Positions 1 through 9,596 of a stretch of 64,000 nucleotides of DNA are shown piece after piece. Under the pieces are notes generated by a model that did not search any database, was not told where the DNA came from, and was given only the letters and a program-made list of their open reading frames with translations. The position numbers and the translations under genes were made by a program. This DNA is from Candidatus Krumholzibacteriota bacterium (GTDB taxonomy: Bacteria; Krumholzibacteriota; Krumholzibacteriia; JAJRXK01): the NCBI GenBank assembly GCA_963764625.1, contig CAVXTH010000006.1, positions 544,001-608,000 of the forward strand. The letters run 5' to 3'. Numbering within the stretch: position 1 is the stretch's first letter; the number at the start of each line of letters is the position of its first letter.

Positions 1-450
1 AAGCTTCTCACCGCGATTCTTGGCGCCACGTTGCTCGCCCTGAGTTTGGCCGTCGATGCGGCGGCCCAGACCGAGGCCAAGGCGGCAACGCCTTCGGACG
101 AGGCGCAGTCCCGGATCAAGTCGATCCGGAACAACGAATACTTCTATCAGTCCTACGGGCGTGTCGATCCCTTCCGTGCCTTGGTTACGGGAAAATTCGA
201 AGCGGCGCCCAGAGCCGACCTGGCGGACATCAACTCCGCGACTCTGGTCGGGATCATGTGGGGCGCGAACCAGAAGTATGCACTCTTGGAGGACGGACAC
301 GGCAACGGGTTCATTCTCCGGGTCGGCGATAAGGTCCGTAATGGACGGATCGTCGCAGTACAAGACGACAGCGTGGTGGCTACCATCTCGCTTTACGGAA
401 TCACCTCGAGAGTCGTTCTCCGGCTCGAGCAGAAGAAGGAAAACCGATGA
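1..450 (+). CDS. pilP: Type IV pilus assembly protein PilP-like (5' partial)
   Basis: Frame is open from base 1 (KLLTAILGATLLALSLAVDAAA signal peptide). GRVDPF motif and C-terminal beta domain (LVGIMWG..YALLEDGHGNGFILRVGDKV). Overlaps pilQ by ATGA. Confidence 0.75.
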   Translation, partial: KLLTAILGATLLALSLAVDAAAQTEAKAATPSDEAQSRIKSIRNNEYFYQSYGRVDPFRALVTGKFEAAPRADLADINSATLVGIMWGANQKYALLEDGHGNGFILRVGDKVRNGRIVAVQDDSVVATISLYGITSRVVLRLEQKKENR

Positions 451-2275
451 TCACGATCCTCAACGGCAAAACAGGGATGGTCGGCGCCCTGCTCATGGTC
501 TTGGGACTGGCTGTTCTTTCGGGCGTGGCGTCCGCGAGTGATGACGGTCAGCTCTCCGCTAAGACTGCTGACATCGTGAGCGTAAATCTTGTCGAGAATA
601 GCGACGCTACCTCGATCAAATCGACACTCGCGGTCAAGTCGAAACCCGGGCCATGCAGTTGGCCGATCCGGATCGTTTCGTGGTTGATTTCACCGGGGGA
701 ATTCTCCGGGCGGATTCAACTCCCATCCTCGGCGATGGAGATCTGGTGAAGAGCGTGAGAATCTCGCAGTTCTCGCTCAGCCCCGTTCCCGTCACCCGTC
801 TGGTGGTCGATCTCAAGCGACCGACCCAGAGCCGGGTCGAGCAGACGGAGAATGGATTCGTCATCGAGCTTACGCCCTCTGCCGCGAGTTCGAGTGCAAT
901 CGACGAATCCACTCCCGGGTACTTGAGCGAACAGGCGAACAGTCTCCCGGTGGACCACTGGCAATCGGCCGAGGACCAGCCCAAGGTCGCACAGCCGGTC
1001 CGTCGAGAGACTAACGCAAATTATGCCCGCACATTCAGCATCAACGTGCAGGGCGCGGACATCCAGACCATTCTGCGCAGCATCGCGGTTTTCAGCGGGG
1101 AGAACATCATTGCCTCCCCGGAGGTCGTCGGCCCCGTGACGGCCGCCTTGACCGATGTTCCATGGCGCGAGGCGCTCGATGTCATTCTGAATGCGAATGG
1201 ATTCGGCTATGTGGAAGACCATGGCGTGATCCGTGTCGACACTCTGAAGAAGCTGCGCGAGGAAGAGATCGCGCAGAAGACGGCCTCGCAGCGGATCGAT
1301 CAGATCGAGAAGCTGACTACGAAAGTGATCGACATCGATTTCGCGAACGCCGAAGAAGTGCGTAGCGCCATGAAGAACATGGTGAGTCCTCGTGGATCGA
1401 TCGAGGTGGAGCCGCGCACGAACAGTCTCATCGTCAACGACATTCCCTCGGTCGTCGCCCTCGTCGAACAGCTGGCGCATTCACTCGACAGCCGTACTCC
1501 ACAGGTGCATATCGACGCCATGCTCCTGGACCTCGATACTCGAGTCAGCCAGGACCTGGGAATCAAGTGGGGCGTGAACGACTTCAAGGCTGATGGCGTG
1601 AATCTCAGCGGTGATGCCACGGTGGACGCCGGGATCGACAGTCCCATCGGACAGTTCCGGGTGGGCGCGATCAAGGACTGGGCCTCGTTGCAGGTGACGC
1701 TGCAGGCGTTGGAGAAGGACAACAAGGCGCAGATCATCTCGAACCCCGCAATCACCACGACCGACAACCGCGAAGCCGAGATCCTGGTGGGCCAGAAGAT
1801 CCCGTTGATCGTCGCCGACGAGGCGGGCAACGCGGTGACGCAGTTGACCACCATTGGTATTCGGCTCGTCGTGACGCCGCACATCAACAGTGACCATCAG
1901 ATCACGCTCGACGTGCGCCCCGAGGTCTCGGATCTGTCGAGCGAGGCCACGGTGCAGGGCGGAGTCATCATCAACACAAGCCAAGCCAACACGCGCGTAC
2001 TCGTGAACAACAAGGAGACTGCGGTCATCGCAGGCCTCATCCGCGACGTGGAGAGCAAGCTGACTTCGGGAGTTCCCGTGCTGAAGGACATTCCCTTGCT
2101 GGGATCTCTCTTCAAGAGCACCTCGACCGCGAAGTCGAAGCGTGAGCTGGTCATCTTCATTACGCCGACCATCGTCGACGAGGATGTACCCATGATGGAC
2201 GAACGTCAGAAGAACATCTTCAACGGTCTGCAGGATCGGAAGGCCGAGAAGCAGATGCAGGGCGTCGGCATGTAA
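447..2275 (+). CDS. pilQ: Type IV pilus secretin PilQ (AMIN, secretin N and secretin domains); one frameshift near 618-620
   Basis: ORF 447 supplies the signal peptide. ORF 653 has the AMIN motif LADPDRFVVDF and secretin motifs (IISNPAITTTDNREAEI, GVPVLKDIPLLGSLFK, ELVIFITPTI). One extra A in the AAA run at 618-620 joins them (SIKIDTRGQVETRAMQL). Confidence 0.9.
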
Positions 2276-2299
2276 GATCAGAGTCGAGCCGGAGAATGC

Positions 2300-2331
2300 G
2301 GGCGCCGGACCTTTGGTCCGGCGCCCTTTTT
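2300..2331 (+). terminator. Rho-independent terminator after pilQ
   Basis: Perfect 12-bp stem GGGCGCCGGACC-TTT-GGTCCGGCGCCC followed by TTTTT. Confidence 0.85.
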
Positions 2332-2407
2332 CTGGAATCCTTGCCCCCAAGAGCGTTTCTGGCCTACCCTCCACCTGCCCGTTTCCACTCTGCCCGAAGG
2401 AGAGCCC

Positions 2408-3595
2408 GTGCTGCGTTTGCTCACTGCCGGCGAGAGCCACGGCCCTCGCCTCACCGTCATTTTGGACGGCCTTCCCTCCGGGATTCCGGTGGATGAAGAG
2501 TTGCTGCGCCGCGGCATGGCGCGCCGTCAAGTGGGGTTCGGGAGGGGAAACCGCCAACGCATCGAGAGGGATCGCGCCGATTGCGTCTCGGGAATTCGCT
2601 TCGGGAAGACGACCGGAGCTCCCATCGCGCTCTTGATCGAGAACCGCGACCATGAGAACTGGGCCCAGGTGCTGTCCCCATTCGAAACGCCGAAAGATGT
2701 CACGGAGAGGCGCGTCACGCGACCCAGGCCGGGTCACGCCGACCTGGTGGGCATGCTCAAGTACGATCATGCCGACGCGCGCGACGTTCTCGAGAGAGCT
2801 AGCGCGCGAGAGACCGCGGCGCGCGTCGCGGCCGGCGAGGTCCTGCGACAGTTCTTGGCCGAGCTCGGAGTGCGCGTGTACTCCCACGTCATTCGAATCG
2901 GCGAGGTACGGGCCAAGGTCGATGAAATCAAGGACGCGTCCATCCCGCAGCGCGCCGAGAGCAACGACCTGCGCTGCGCCGAAGGATACGAGGCGATGCG
3001 GAAGGCCGTCGAAAAGGCGTCGGCCCAGGGAGACACTCTGGGGGGCATCTTCGAGGTGGTGGTCGAGGGCTTGCCCCCGGGTCTGGGCTCGTCGATGGCC
3101 CCGGACCGCAAGCTCGATGCACGCCTGGCCGCCGCGATGCTCTCCATTCCGGCGGTGAAGGGCATGGAGATCGGACCGGCATTCGCCAACAGCGCGTTGC
3201 CCGGTTCGGTGGTCCACGACGAGATCGTTCCCGTGCCAGGCCACCCTCCGCGCCGCGCGAGTAACCGCGCGGGAGGCCTGGAAGGAGGGATGACGACCGG
3301 AGAGCCGCTCGTCTTACGCGGAGCCATGAAGCCGATCTCCACCCTGAAGAAGGCGCTGCGGTCGGTCGACATGGAGCACAACGTGGAACAGAAGGCCGCG
3401 TTCGAGCGGAGTGACGTCTGCGCGGTTCCCGCGGCGGGAGTGGTGGGAGAGGCGGTGGTGATGTTCGTGCTCGCGCAGGCTTATCTCGAGTCGTTCGCGT
3501 CCGACACTCTGCATCGACTGAAGACCTCGCTGGCGGCGTACCGGGAGGAGCTCGACACCCGCATGAGAACGGCGGAGTCGAAGGAGCGCTCGTGA
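2408..3595 (+). CDS. aroC: Chorismate synthase
   Basis: TAGESHG, RPRPGHADL, ERASARETAARVAAG, GGLEGGMTTGEP, MKPISTL and ERSDVCAVP motifs. Confidence 0.97.
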   Translation: MLRLLTAGESHGPRLTVILDGLPSGIPVDEELLRRGMARRQVGFGRGNRQRIERDRADCVSGIRFGKTTGAPIALLIENRDHENWAQVLSPFETPKDVTERRVTRPRPGHADLVGMLKYDHADARDVLERASARETAARVAAGEVLRQFLAELGVRVYSHVIRIGEVRAKVDEIKDASIPQRAESNDLRCAEGYEAMRKAVEKASAQGDTLGGIFEVVVEGLPPGLGSSMAPDRKLDARLAAAMLSIPAVKGMEIGPAFANSALPGSVVHDEIVPVPGHPPRRASNRAGGLEGGMTTGEPLVLRGAMKPISTLKKALRSVDMEHNVEQKAAFERSDVCAVPAAGVVGEAVVMFVLAQAYLESFASDTLHRLKTSLAAYREELDTRMRTAESKERS

Positions 3596-4134
3596 AGCCC
3601 ATCCTGGCTCTGATCGGCTTCATGGGAGCGGGGAAGACGAGCATCGCGCAGCGCTTGGCCCCCTTGCTCGAGCGCCCGCTGGTGGATCTGGATGCGGTGA
3701 TCGAATCCATGGCCGGCCAGACGATTCCGCAGATCTTTGCCCGCGAGGGTGAGGGGCAATTCCGGCGCTACGAGCGCGAAGCCCTCCGGCAGGCCCTTTC
3801 CGTTGCGCCCAGCGTCCTCGCGGTGGGGGGAGGAACCGTGGTCGATCCCTCGAACCGCTCCTTCCTGCGCAGCAGCTCGTTCGTGATCTGGCTGGATCCC
3901 GAATTCGCCCTCTTGAGGACGAGACTCTTGCGCCCGGACAGCCCCTTCCGTCCCCTGGTCGATCAACTCGGTCCTGCCGGTCTCGCGCGGCTGTACACCG
4001 AACGCAGATCCTGCTATGCGGCGGCGGCTCACCTGCGGGTGAACGTGGGCCAGAGATCTCCCCTCAGTCTCGCGCGCGCCCTGGGGGCGCTCCTGAACCA
4101 GGTGCGTGCGCCCGAACCGCTCCGGTCGCCATGA
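3592..4134 (+). CDS. aroK: Shikimate kinase
   Basis: Walker A GFMGAGKT, DLD, GEGQFRRYE, VGGG, RPL; GTGA overlap with aroC. Confidence 0.93.
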   Translation: MKPILALIGFMGAGKTSIAQRLAPLLERPLVDLDAVIESMAGQTIPQIFAREGEGQFRRYEREALRQALSVAPSVLAVGGGTVVDPSNRSFLRSSSFVIWLDPEFALLRTRLLRPDSPFRPLVDQLGPAGLARLYTERRSCYAAAAHLRVNVGQRSPLSLARALGALLNQVRAPEPLRSP

Positions 4135-4706
4135 TACGCGTGTGCGCAGGACGCTTTGGCGGGCGCGGACTTCAATTGGCCAGCGAAGTGGGAACCCGTC
4201 CCACCAGCGCAAAGTTGAAGGAGGCGATGTTCTCCTCGCTGGGGGAGAGGCTGCTGGGAAAGCGGGTCGCGGATCTCTTCGCCGGATCGGGATCTCTCGG
4301 CATCGAAGCGCTCAGCCGGGGGGCGGCCTCGACCCTGTTCGTCGAGCTGGATCCACGGGCGGTCAAGGCGATTCGTGCGAATCTGGAGAGTCTGGGCCTG
4401 CATCCGCCCGAGGCCGTCGTACGCCGGATGGACGTGTGGCACTGGCTGGAGCGCTACTCCTCGGGCGCGCTTGGGCTCGAGGAGCCCATCGAGGTCCTCT
4501 TCCTGGATCCGCCCTACCGAAAGGGAACCCTCGCGCGCCTGTTGCCTCTCACCACAGGACTGCTAGTATCGGGCGCAATCGAGATCTGCGTGATCGAACA
4601 TCCGGTGGCCGAGGAAGAAAGTCTCGCCCTCCTGACCCAAGTCACACGCCGGACACGGCGCCACGGAACCTCCGCGTTCAGCATCCTGGAGGGGATTGAG
4701 TCATGA
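4131..4706 (+). CDS. rsmD: 16S rRNA m2G966 methyltransferase
   Basis: TRPT..KLKEAMF, DLFAGSGSLGIEALSRGA, DPPY; the usual rsmD-coaD pair. Confidence 0.93.
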   Translation: MIRVCAGRFGGRGLQLASEVGTRPTSAKLKEAMFSSLGERLLGKRVADLFAGSGSLGIEALSRGAASTLFVELDPRAVKAIRANLESLGLHPPEAVVRRMDVWHWLERYSSGALGLEEPIEVLFLDPPYRKGTLARLLPLTTGLLVSGAIEICVIEHPVAEEESLALLTQVTRRTRRHGTSAFSILEGIES

Positions 4707-5188
4707 AGACCGCACTGTACCCCGGGACTTTCGATCCCCTCACCTATGGTCACATGGACCTCCTGGAGCGCGCCCAGCGGCTCTTCGACAGGGTCATCGT
4801 GGCGATCGCGCTTTCCACCGAGAAGGAACCGATGTTCTCGCTCGAGGAACGGGTGGAGATCGTGACCGAGTTGACCAAGGACCGCAAGGGAGTCTCGGTG
4901 GTCCCGTTCGAGGGTCTGCTCGCGCACGAATTCGAGCGCCAGAGAGTCGATGTGGTGGTGCGGGGTGTGCGTTTGTTCCAGGATTTCGAATACGAATACA
5001 TGATGGCTCTCATGAACCGCCGCCTGTGTCCACGCTTCGACGTTCTCTTCTTGATGCCGAGCGCGGAGTTCTTGAGCGTGAGCAGCACCCTGGTCCGCGA
5101 GATTCACGCCCACGGCGGAGACATCTCCAAACTGGTTCCACCCAACGTCGCGAGCCGCATGGATGCCAAGCGGGAACAGAGTTCCTGA
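4703..5188 (+). CDS. coaD: Phosphopantetheine adenylyltransferase
   Basis: YPGTFDPLTYGH, RG.R..DFEYE..MALMNRRL, VSSTLVREI. Confidence 0.96.
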   Translation: MKTALYPGTFDPLTYGHMDLLERAQRLFDRVIVAIALSTEKEPMFSLEERVEIVTELTKDRKGVSVVPFEGLLAHEFERQRVDVVVRGVRLFQDFEYEYMMALMNRRLCPRFDVLFLMPSAEFLSVSSTLVREIHAHGGDISKLVPPNVASRMDAKREQSS

Positions 5189-5203
5189 AACGAGAAGGAA
5201 GGC

Positions 5204-6238
5204 ATGAGCGAGCACGCGGCCGAAATCATCAGTCGTTTCAACCGGGAGACCCACCTGCTGTCAGAACTGCGCCGCCGGGCGGCGAAACGCGACGCCAAAG
5301 TGGTGCTGCCCGAAGGCGAGGACCCTCGCACCGTCGCGGCCGCGTGTGTCCTGCGGGAGATGCATCTCGCCCGCCCCGTGCTCGTGGGCGCCGTGGGGAG
5401 AGTCCGAACTCTACTTGCCGAGCAGAACGCCGATCCCGCGAATTACGAGATCCTCGATCCCAAGGAGAATTCTTTCACCGCGGTGGTGGCGGATCGTCTC
5501 TTCGAGCGCCGACGCGCGCGCGGGCTCAGCCAGGGCGAGTCGGTGGTACTCGCCCACGACCCCCTGCATCTGGGAGCCGGCATGACCGCGATGGGACAGG
5601 CGGAGGCCATGGTGGCCGGTGCGGTGAGTCCCACCGCCGAGGTCATCCGTGCCGGCCTCTATCACGCGGGATTGCTCGAGGGGATCGAGGTGGTCAGTGG
5701 TTCGTTCCTCATGGTCCCGCCCCGGTCCCACGCGGTGGATCGTCCTCTGCTCTTCGCGGACTGCGCAGTGGTTCCGCAGCCGAGCGAGGAGCAGTTGGTG
5801 TCGATCGGACTCTCCTCCGCGCGGACCTACGAGCGCCTTCTCTCCCGGGCTCCTCGTATCGCCTGCCTCTCGTTTTCTACCCACGGCTCGGCAGAGCATC
5901 CCAGCGCCGCCAGGATGGCCCGGGTGGCGGCGGCGCTCAAAGAGCGAGGGGTCTTGGCGGATGGGGAACTCCAACTCGACGCCGCCCTCGTGCCGGACAT
6001 CGCGCACAAGAAATGTCCGGACAGCCCGGTCGCCGGAAGAGCCGACATTCTGCTCTTCCCCGATCTGAACGCGGGGAATATCGCGTACAAGCTGACCCAG
6101 CGCCTGGGTGGATTCGAAGCAATTGGACCTTTGGTTCAGGGCCTAGCACGTCCCATCTTTGATCTCAGCCGGGGGGCAAGCGCCTCGGATATCGTGAACA
6201 CGGCCTGTCTCGCCATTCTCTGTGGGGAGCCCAGTTGA
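5204..6238 (+). CDS. pta: Phosphate acetyltransferase, short class I form
   Basis: VLPEGEDPR, FADCAV, LSFSTHGSA, DGELQLDAA, FPDLNAGNIAYKL, DLSRG. Confidence 0.9.
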   Translation: MSEHAAEIISRFNRETHLLSELRRRAAKRDAKVVLPEGEDPRTVAAACVLREMHLARPVLVGAVGRVRTLLAEQNADPANYEILDPKENSFTAVVADRLFERRRARGLSQGESVVLAHDPLHLGAGMTAMGQAEAMVAGAVSPTAEVIRAGLYHAGLLEGIEVVSGSFLMVPPRSHAVDRPLLFADCAVVPQPSEEQLVSIGLSSARTYERLLSRAPRIACLSFSTHGSAEHPSAARMARVAAALKERGVLADGELQLDAALVPDIAHKKCPDSPVAGRADILLFPDLNAGNIAYKLTQRLGGFEAIGPLVQGLARPIFDLSRGASASDIVNTACLAILCGEPS

Positions 6239-6241
6239 ACC

Positions 6242-7426
6242 ATGAATGAGCTTCTCAGTCGGCGCGCCCTCGCGGTCCAGCCCAGCGTCACCTTTACGCT
6301 TAGTACCCTCGCGAAGAAACTGAAGGGGGAGGGCAAACCCATTCTGGATCTGAGTCTGGGTGAACCCGACATGAATACCCCCACGCCCGTGGTGGAGGCG
6401 GCACGGCACGCGCTCGAGGAAGGACACTTCCACTACACGCCGACCGCCGGGGTGCCGGCTCTCTTGAAGGCAATCGCCGCGGTGTATTCCCAGCGGCTCG
6501 GACTGGCGATCGAGCCTTCGATGACGATGGCTACGCAGGGAGCCAAGCAGGCGCTGTTCAACGCCTTGGCCACTGCGACCGATCCCGGCGATACGATCGC
6601 GGTTCTTCAGCCCTACTGGGTTTCCTATGTCGAGCAGGCGCACGCGCTGGGACTCCGTGTGGCACTGGTGCCCTGTCCCGCCGACAATGGCTTCCGACCC
6701 GACCTGACCATTTTGGCGCGGGTACTTGCCGAGGGCGCCAAAGTGCTGCTGATCAACTCTCCCTGCAACCCGACCGGAGCCGCGTTCGACGAGTCGACCA
6801 TGCGCTCCATCACCGAACTCGTGCTGAAGAGTCGGGCTCTGCTGTTGAGCGATGAGATCTACGAAGACATCGTCTACGGGGACAGGGGTCACCTGAGTCC
6901 CCTTCACGTCGCTCCGGAGCTCTTCGATCGCAGTTGCGTGGTCACCGGTCTCTCGAAGGGCTTCGCGATGACCGGGTGGAGAATCGGGTTCTCCATCGCG
7001 CCCTCCTGGTGGACGGCCGCGATGACGCGCCTGCAGGGTCACACCACGAGCCACATCGCGGCGATCTGTCAGCAGGCCGCGATCACCGCCCTTCAGAGGC
7101 GTGATCTGATCGCGCCCCTGCTCGAAACTTTCGCCCAGCGTCGTTCTCTCGTGCTCGAACTCTTGGCGAAGCTGCCCGGCTTGCGAGCCCACGAGCCGGA
7201 GGGAGCGTTCTACCTCTTTCTGGATTGCACCGGCTATCTCGAGCGGGACGGGCGGGTGAGCGATACGCTGGAATTGTCCCGTTGGCTTCTGGAAGAACAT
7301 AACCTGGTGCTGGTGCCCGGAGATGCCTTCGGCGCGCCCGGTTATCTGCGTTTGAGTTTCGCGGCTCGCGAAGATGTGTTGCGGCAGTCCTTCGAGAGGC
7401 TTCAATTCGCGCTGGCGCAGCTCTGA
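6242..7426 (+). CDS. PLP-dependent class I/II aminotransferase (aspartate aminotransferase-like)
   Basis: GEPD, NSPCNPTG, SDEIY, PLP lysine in SKGFAMTGWRIG, YLRLSFA. Confidence 0.9.
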   Translation: MNELLSRRALAVQPSVTFTLSTLAKKLKGEGKPILDLSLGEPDMNTPTPVVEAARHALEEGHFHYTPTAGVPALLKAIAAVYSQRLGLAIEPSMTMATQGAKQALFNALATATDPGDTIAVLQPYWVSYVEQAHALGLRVALVPCPADNGFRPDLTILARVLAEGAKVLLINSPCNPTGAAFDESTMRSITELVLKSRALLLSDEIYEDIVYGDRGHLSPLHVAPELFDRSCVVTGLSKGFAMTGWRIGFSIAPSWWTAAMTRLQGHTTSHIAAICQQAAITALQRRDLIAPLLETFAQRRSLVLELLAKLPGLRAHEPEGAFYLFLDCTGYLERDGRVSDTLELSRWLLEEHNLVLVPGDAFGAPGYLRLSFAAREDVLRQSFERLQFALAQL

Positions 7427-7483
7427 GAGTCGATCGTATCTTCAATCAGCCTACCCGAGAGTCTTCGTCTCCACCGAGTCAGT

Positions 7484-8470
7484 ATGCATTTCGTCGATCA
7501 AGTCAAAATCGAGGTCGCGGCCGGCAGCGGAGGTCCGGGCTGCGTCTCGTTCCGGCGCGAACCCTACGTGCCGCGCGGAGGTCCCAACGGAGGCGACGGA
7601 GGGCGCGGCGGTTCCGTGATTCTGCGAGCCGATCCCAACGTGGCCACCCTTCTGGACTTCCGCTACCGGCGTCGCTACCGCGGTCCGAGCGGCAACGCCG
7701 GAGGGGGCAACAACCGCAGCGGAGCCTCCGGTCGGGACGAGGCCATCAAGGTGCCCTGTGGCACCTTGGTCTACGACGACGAAACGGGCGAGCTCATCGG
7801 CGATCTCGTGGAGCCCGGCCAGGAACTCCTCGTGGCGGCAGGGGGAAAGGGAGGCCGGGGAAACACCCGCTTCGCCACCTCCACCAACCAGGCTCCCCGG
7901 CGGGCCGATCCCGGCCTTCCCGGGGAAGAGCGGCGCCTGCGTCTGGAATTGAAACTTTTGGCCGACGTGGGGCTCGTGGGCTTCCCCAACGCCGGCAAGA
8001 GTACCCTGTTGTCGGTGCTGTCGAGCGCCCGGCCCAAGATCGCGGATTACCCCTTCACCACCCTGGTTCCCAACCTGGGGATCGTGGACCTCGGAGACTA
8101 CCGCTCGTGCACCCTGGCCGATATTCCCGGACTCATCGAGGGGGCGAGTGAGGGGAAGGGGCTCGGCCATGCCTTTCTGCGTCACATCGAGCGCACGCGC
8201 CTTCTCGTCTTCCTCCTCGACCAGGGGGAGGAACCGGCCGAGCGTTTCTCGAGTCTGCTGGAGGAGTTGCGGCGCCACGACGAAGCGCTGCTGGAGTTGC
8301 CCCGCATCGTGTGCCTCAGCAAGATGGACCTGGCGGAAGAGGGGGGAGAGCGGCCGCACATCACCAATGAGAAAATACTTGAAATATCATCTGTAACTCA
8401 TTTAGGAATAAACGAGTTAAAGTCTCTCATCAAGAAGGGGCTGGGGCCACCTTCCGCGCCGGCCTCCTAA
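7484..8470 (+). CDS. obgE: GTPase ObgE/CgtA
   Basis: Gly-rich Obg fold (GGPNGGDGGRGG), GFPNAGKST, YPFTT, DIPG. Confidence 0.97.
   Translation: MHFVDQVKIEVAAGSGGPGCVSFRREPYVPRGGPNGGDGGRGGSVILRADPNVATLLDFRYRRRYRGPSGNAGGGNNRSGASGRDEAIKVPCGTLVYDDETGELIGDLVEPGQELLVAAGGKGGRGNTRFATSTNQAPRRADPGLPGEERRLRLELKLLADVGLVGFPNAGKSTLLSVLSSARPKIADYPFTTLVPNLGIVDLGDYRSCTLADIPGLIEGASEGKGLGHAFLRHIERTRLLVFLLDQGEEPAERFSSLLEELRRHDEALLELPRIVCLSKMDLAEEGGERPHITNEKILEISSVTHLGINELKSLIKKGLGPPSAPAS
8394..8419. promoter_or_regulatory. AT-rich inverted repeat inside the obgE 3' end (candidate protein-binding site)
   Basis: TAACTCATTTA-GGAA-TAAACGAGTTA (11-bp arms, one mismatch) in a stretch with 14/56 G+C (8366-8421). Confidence 0.4.
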
Positions 8471-8519
8471 GCCAGCGTCTCCGACGAGTCACGCGAGCCT
8501 CCCGGTCAGGAGTGCGGAG

Positions 8520-9533
8520 ATGCCGCCGCCGATCGCCTGGATCCAGGGCCTGCTTCTGCCTGTGAGCCAGTACCGGACCTTCATTCAGACCATGCTGCGA
8601 GAGAACGAGCTGCCGCCCTCTCTCGCGCGCTTGCTCCGCGAGCGCGCCGGGAGTGTCGATCGGCTCGCTTGGGCCGCGACGGCGCTGGCCCGGACGGAAC
8701 GCTCGGGGGGAAGGGTCCTCGTGCCAGCGCAGAGCGAGTATCCCCCGGGGCTCCTCCATCTGCCCCAGCCGCCCCCGGCTCTCTTCGTCCGCGGCGATCC
8801 CTCTTGCCTCCACGGGCTCCAGGCGGTGGCGGTGGTGGGCGCGCGCCGGGCCACGCCGTCCGCGAGAGTCGCGGCGAACCGGCTGGGGCGGGCCCTGGCT
8901 TCCGCCGCGCTTCCGGTGGTGAGTGGACTCGCGCGAGGGGTGGATCGTTTCGCGCACGAGGGTTGTCTGGCTCAGGAAGGTCGGCCGGTGGCCGTCTTGG
9001 GAACCGGCTTGGACGAGGCGTACCCTCCTTCCCACGCGCGGCTGCAGGAGGAGGTGGCGCGTCGAGGGTGTCTGGTCAGCGAATACCCGCCAGGGACCCA
9101 AGCGCGCCGGTGGCACTTCGTGGCCCGCAACCGCCTCATCGCGGCGCTCTCCGCTTTGGTGGTCGTCGTGCAGGCGGGGAAGAAGAGTGGCGCCCTCCTC
9201 ACGGCGGAGTTCGCCAACGAGCTGGGAAAGGTGGTGATGGCGTTTCCCGGCGCGGCGGAGGATCCCGCGTACGTAGGATGCCTCGCCCTGTTGAAGGACG
9301 GGGCCGGGCTGGCGCGCGGTGCGGCCGATGTCCTGCAGGAGCTGGGCTGCGATCCCGCGGCCGCGCAACTGGAGATCCCGCTGGGTCTGCAGCGGCCCCT
9401 GAGTCCGGCCGAGATCGCGCGGATGCAGGGAATGGAGCTCGGGCGGGTGTTGGCCGAGTTGGCCCAGCTCGAGCTCGACGGTCGGATCGAGCGCGTTGGG
9501 GGTGGACGCTACGTCACCACCGGCCGCCCCTAA
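8520..9533 (+). CDS. dprA: DNA-processing protein DprA
   Basis: YPPGL..LPQPPPALFVRG, AVVGAR, VSGLARGVD..AH, VSEYPPG, FVARNRLIAALS, SGALLTA; C-terminal winged helix. Confidence 0.93.
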   Translation: MPPPIAWIQGLLLPVSQYRTFIQTMLRENELPPSLARLLRERAGSVDRLAWAATALARTERSGGRVLVPAQSEYPPGLLHLPQPPPALFVRGDPSCLHGLQAVAVVGARRATPSARVAANRLGRALASAALPVVSGLARGVDRFAHEGCLAQEGRPVAVLGTGLDEAYPPSHARLQEEVARRGCLVSEYPPGTQARRWHFVARNRLIAALSALVVVVQAGKKSGALLTAEFANELGKVVMAFPGAAEDPAYVGCLALLKDGAGLARGAADVLQELGCDPAAAQLEIPLGLQRPLSPAEIARMQGMELGRVLAELAQLELDGRIERVGGGRYVTTGRP

Positions 9534-9596
9534 ACCCTTGCCGAAAGGCGGAGGACCTGCCTAGAGTGCGCTCAACGCGCGGGGAACGGGAGATCC

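Noticed and set aside
8380-8425. dif/Xer recombination site in the AT-rich obgE tail
   Set aside because: No XerD arm (TTATGTTAAAT-like), and the spacer is 4 bp rather than 6 bp.
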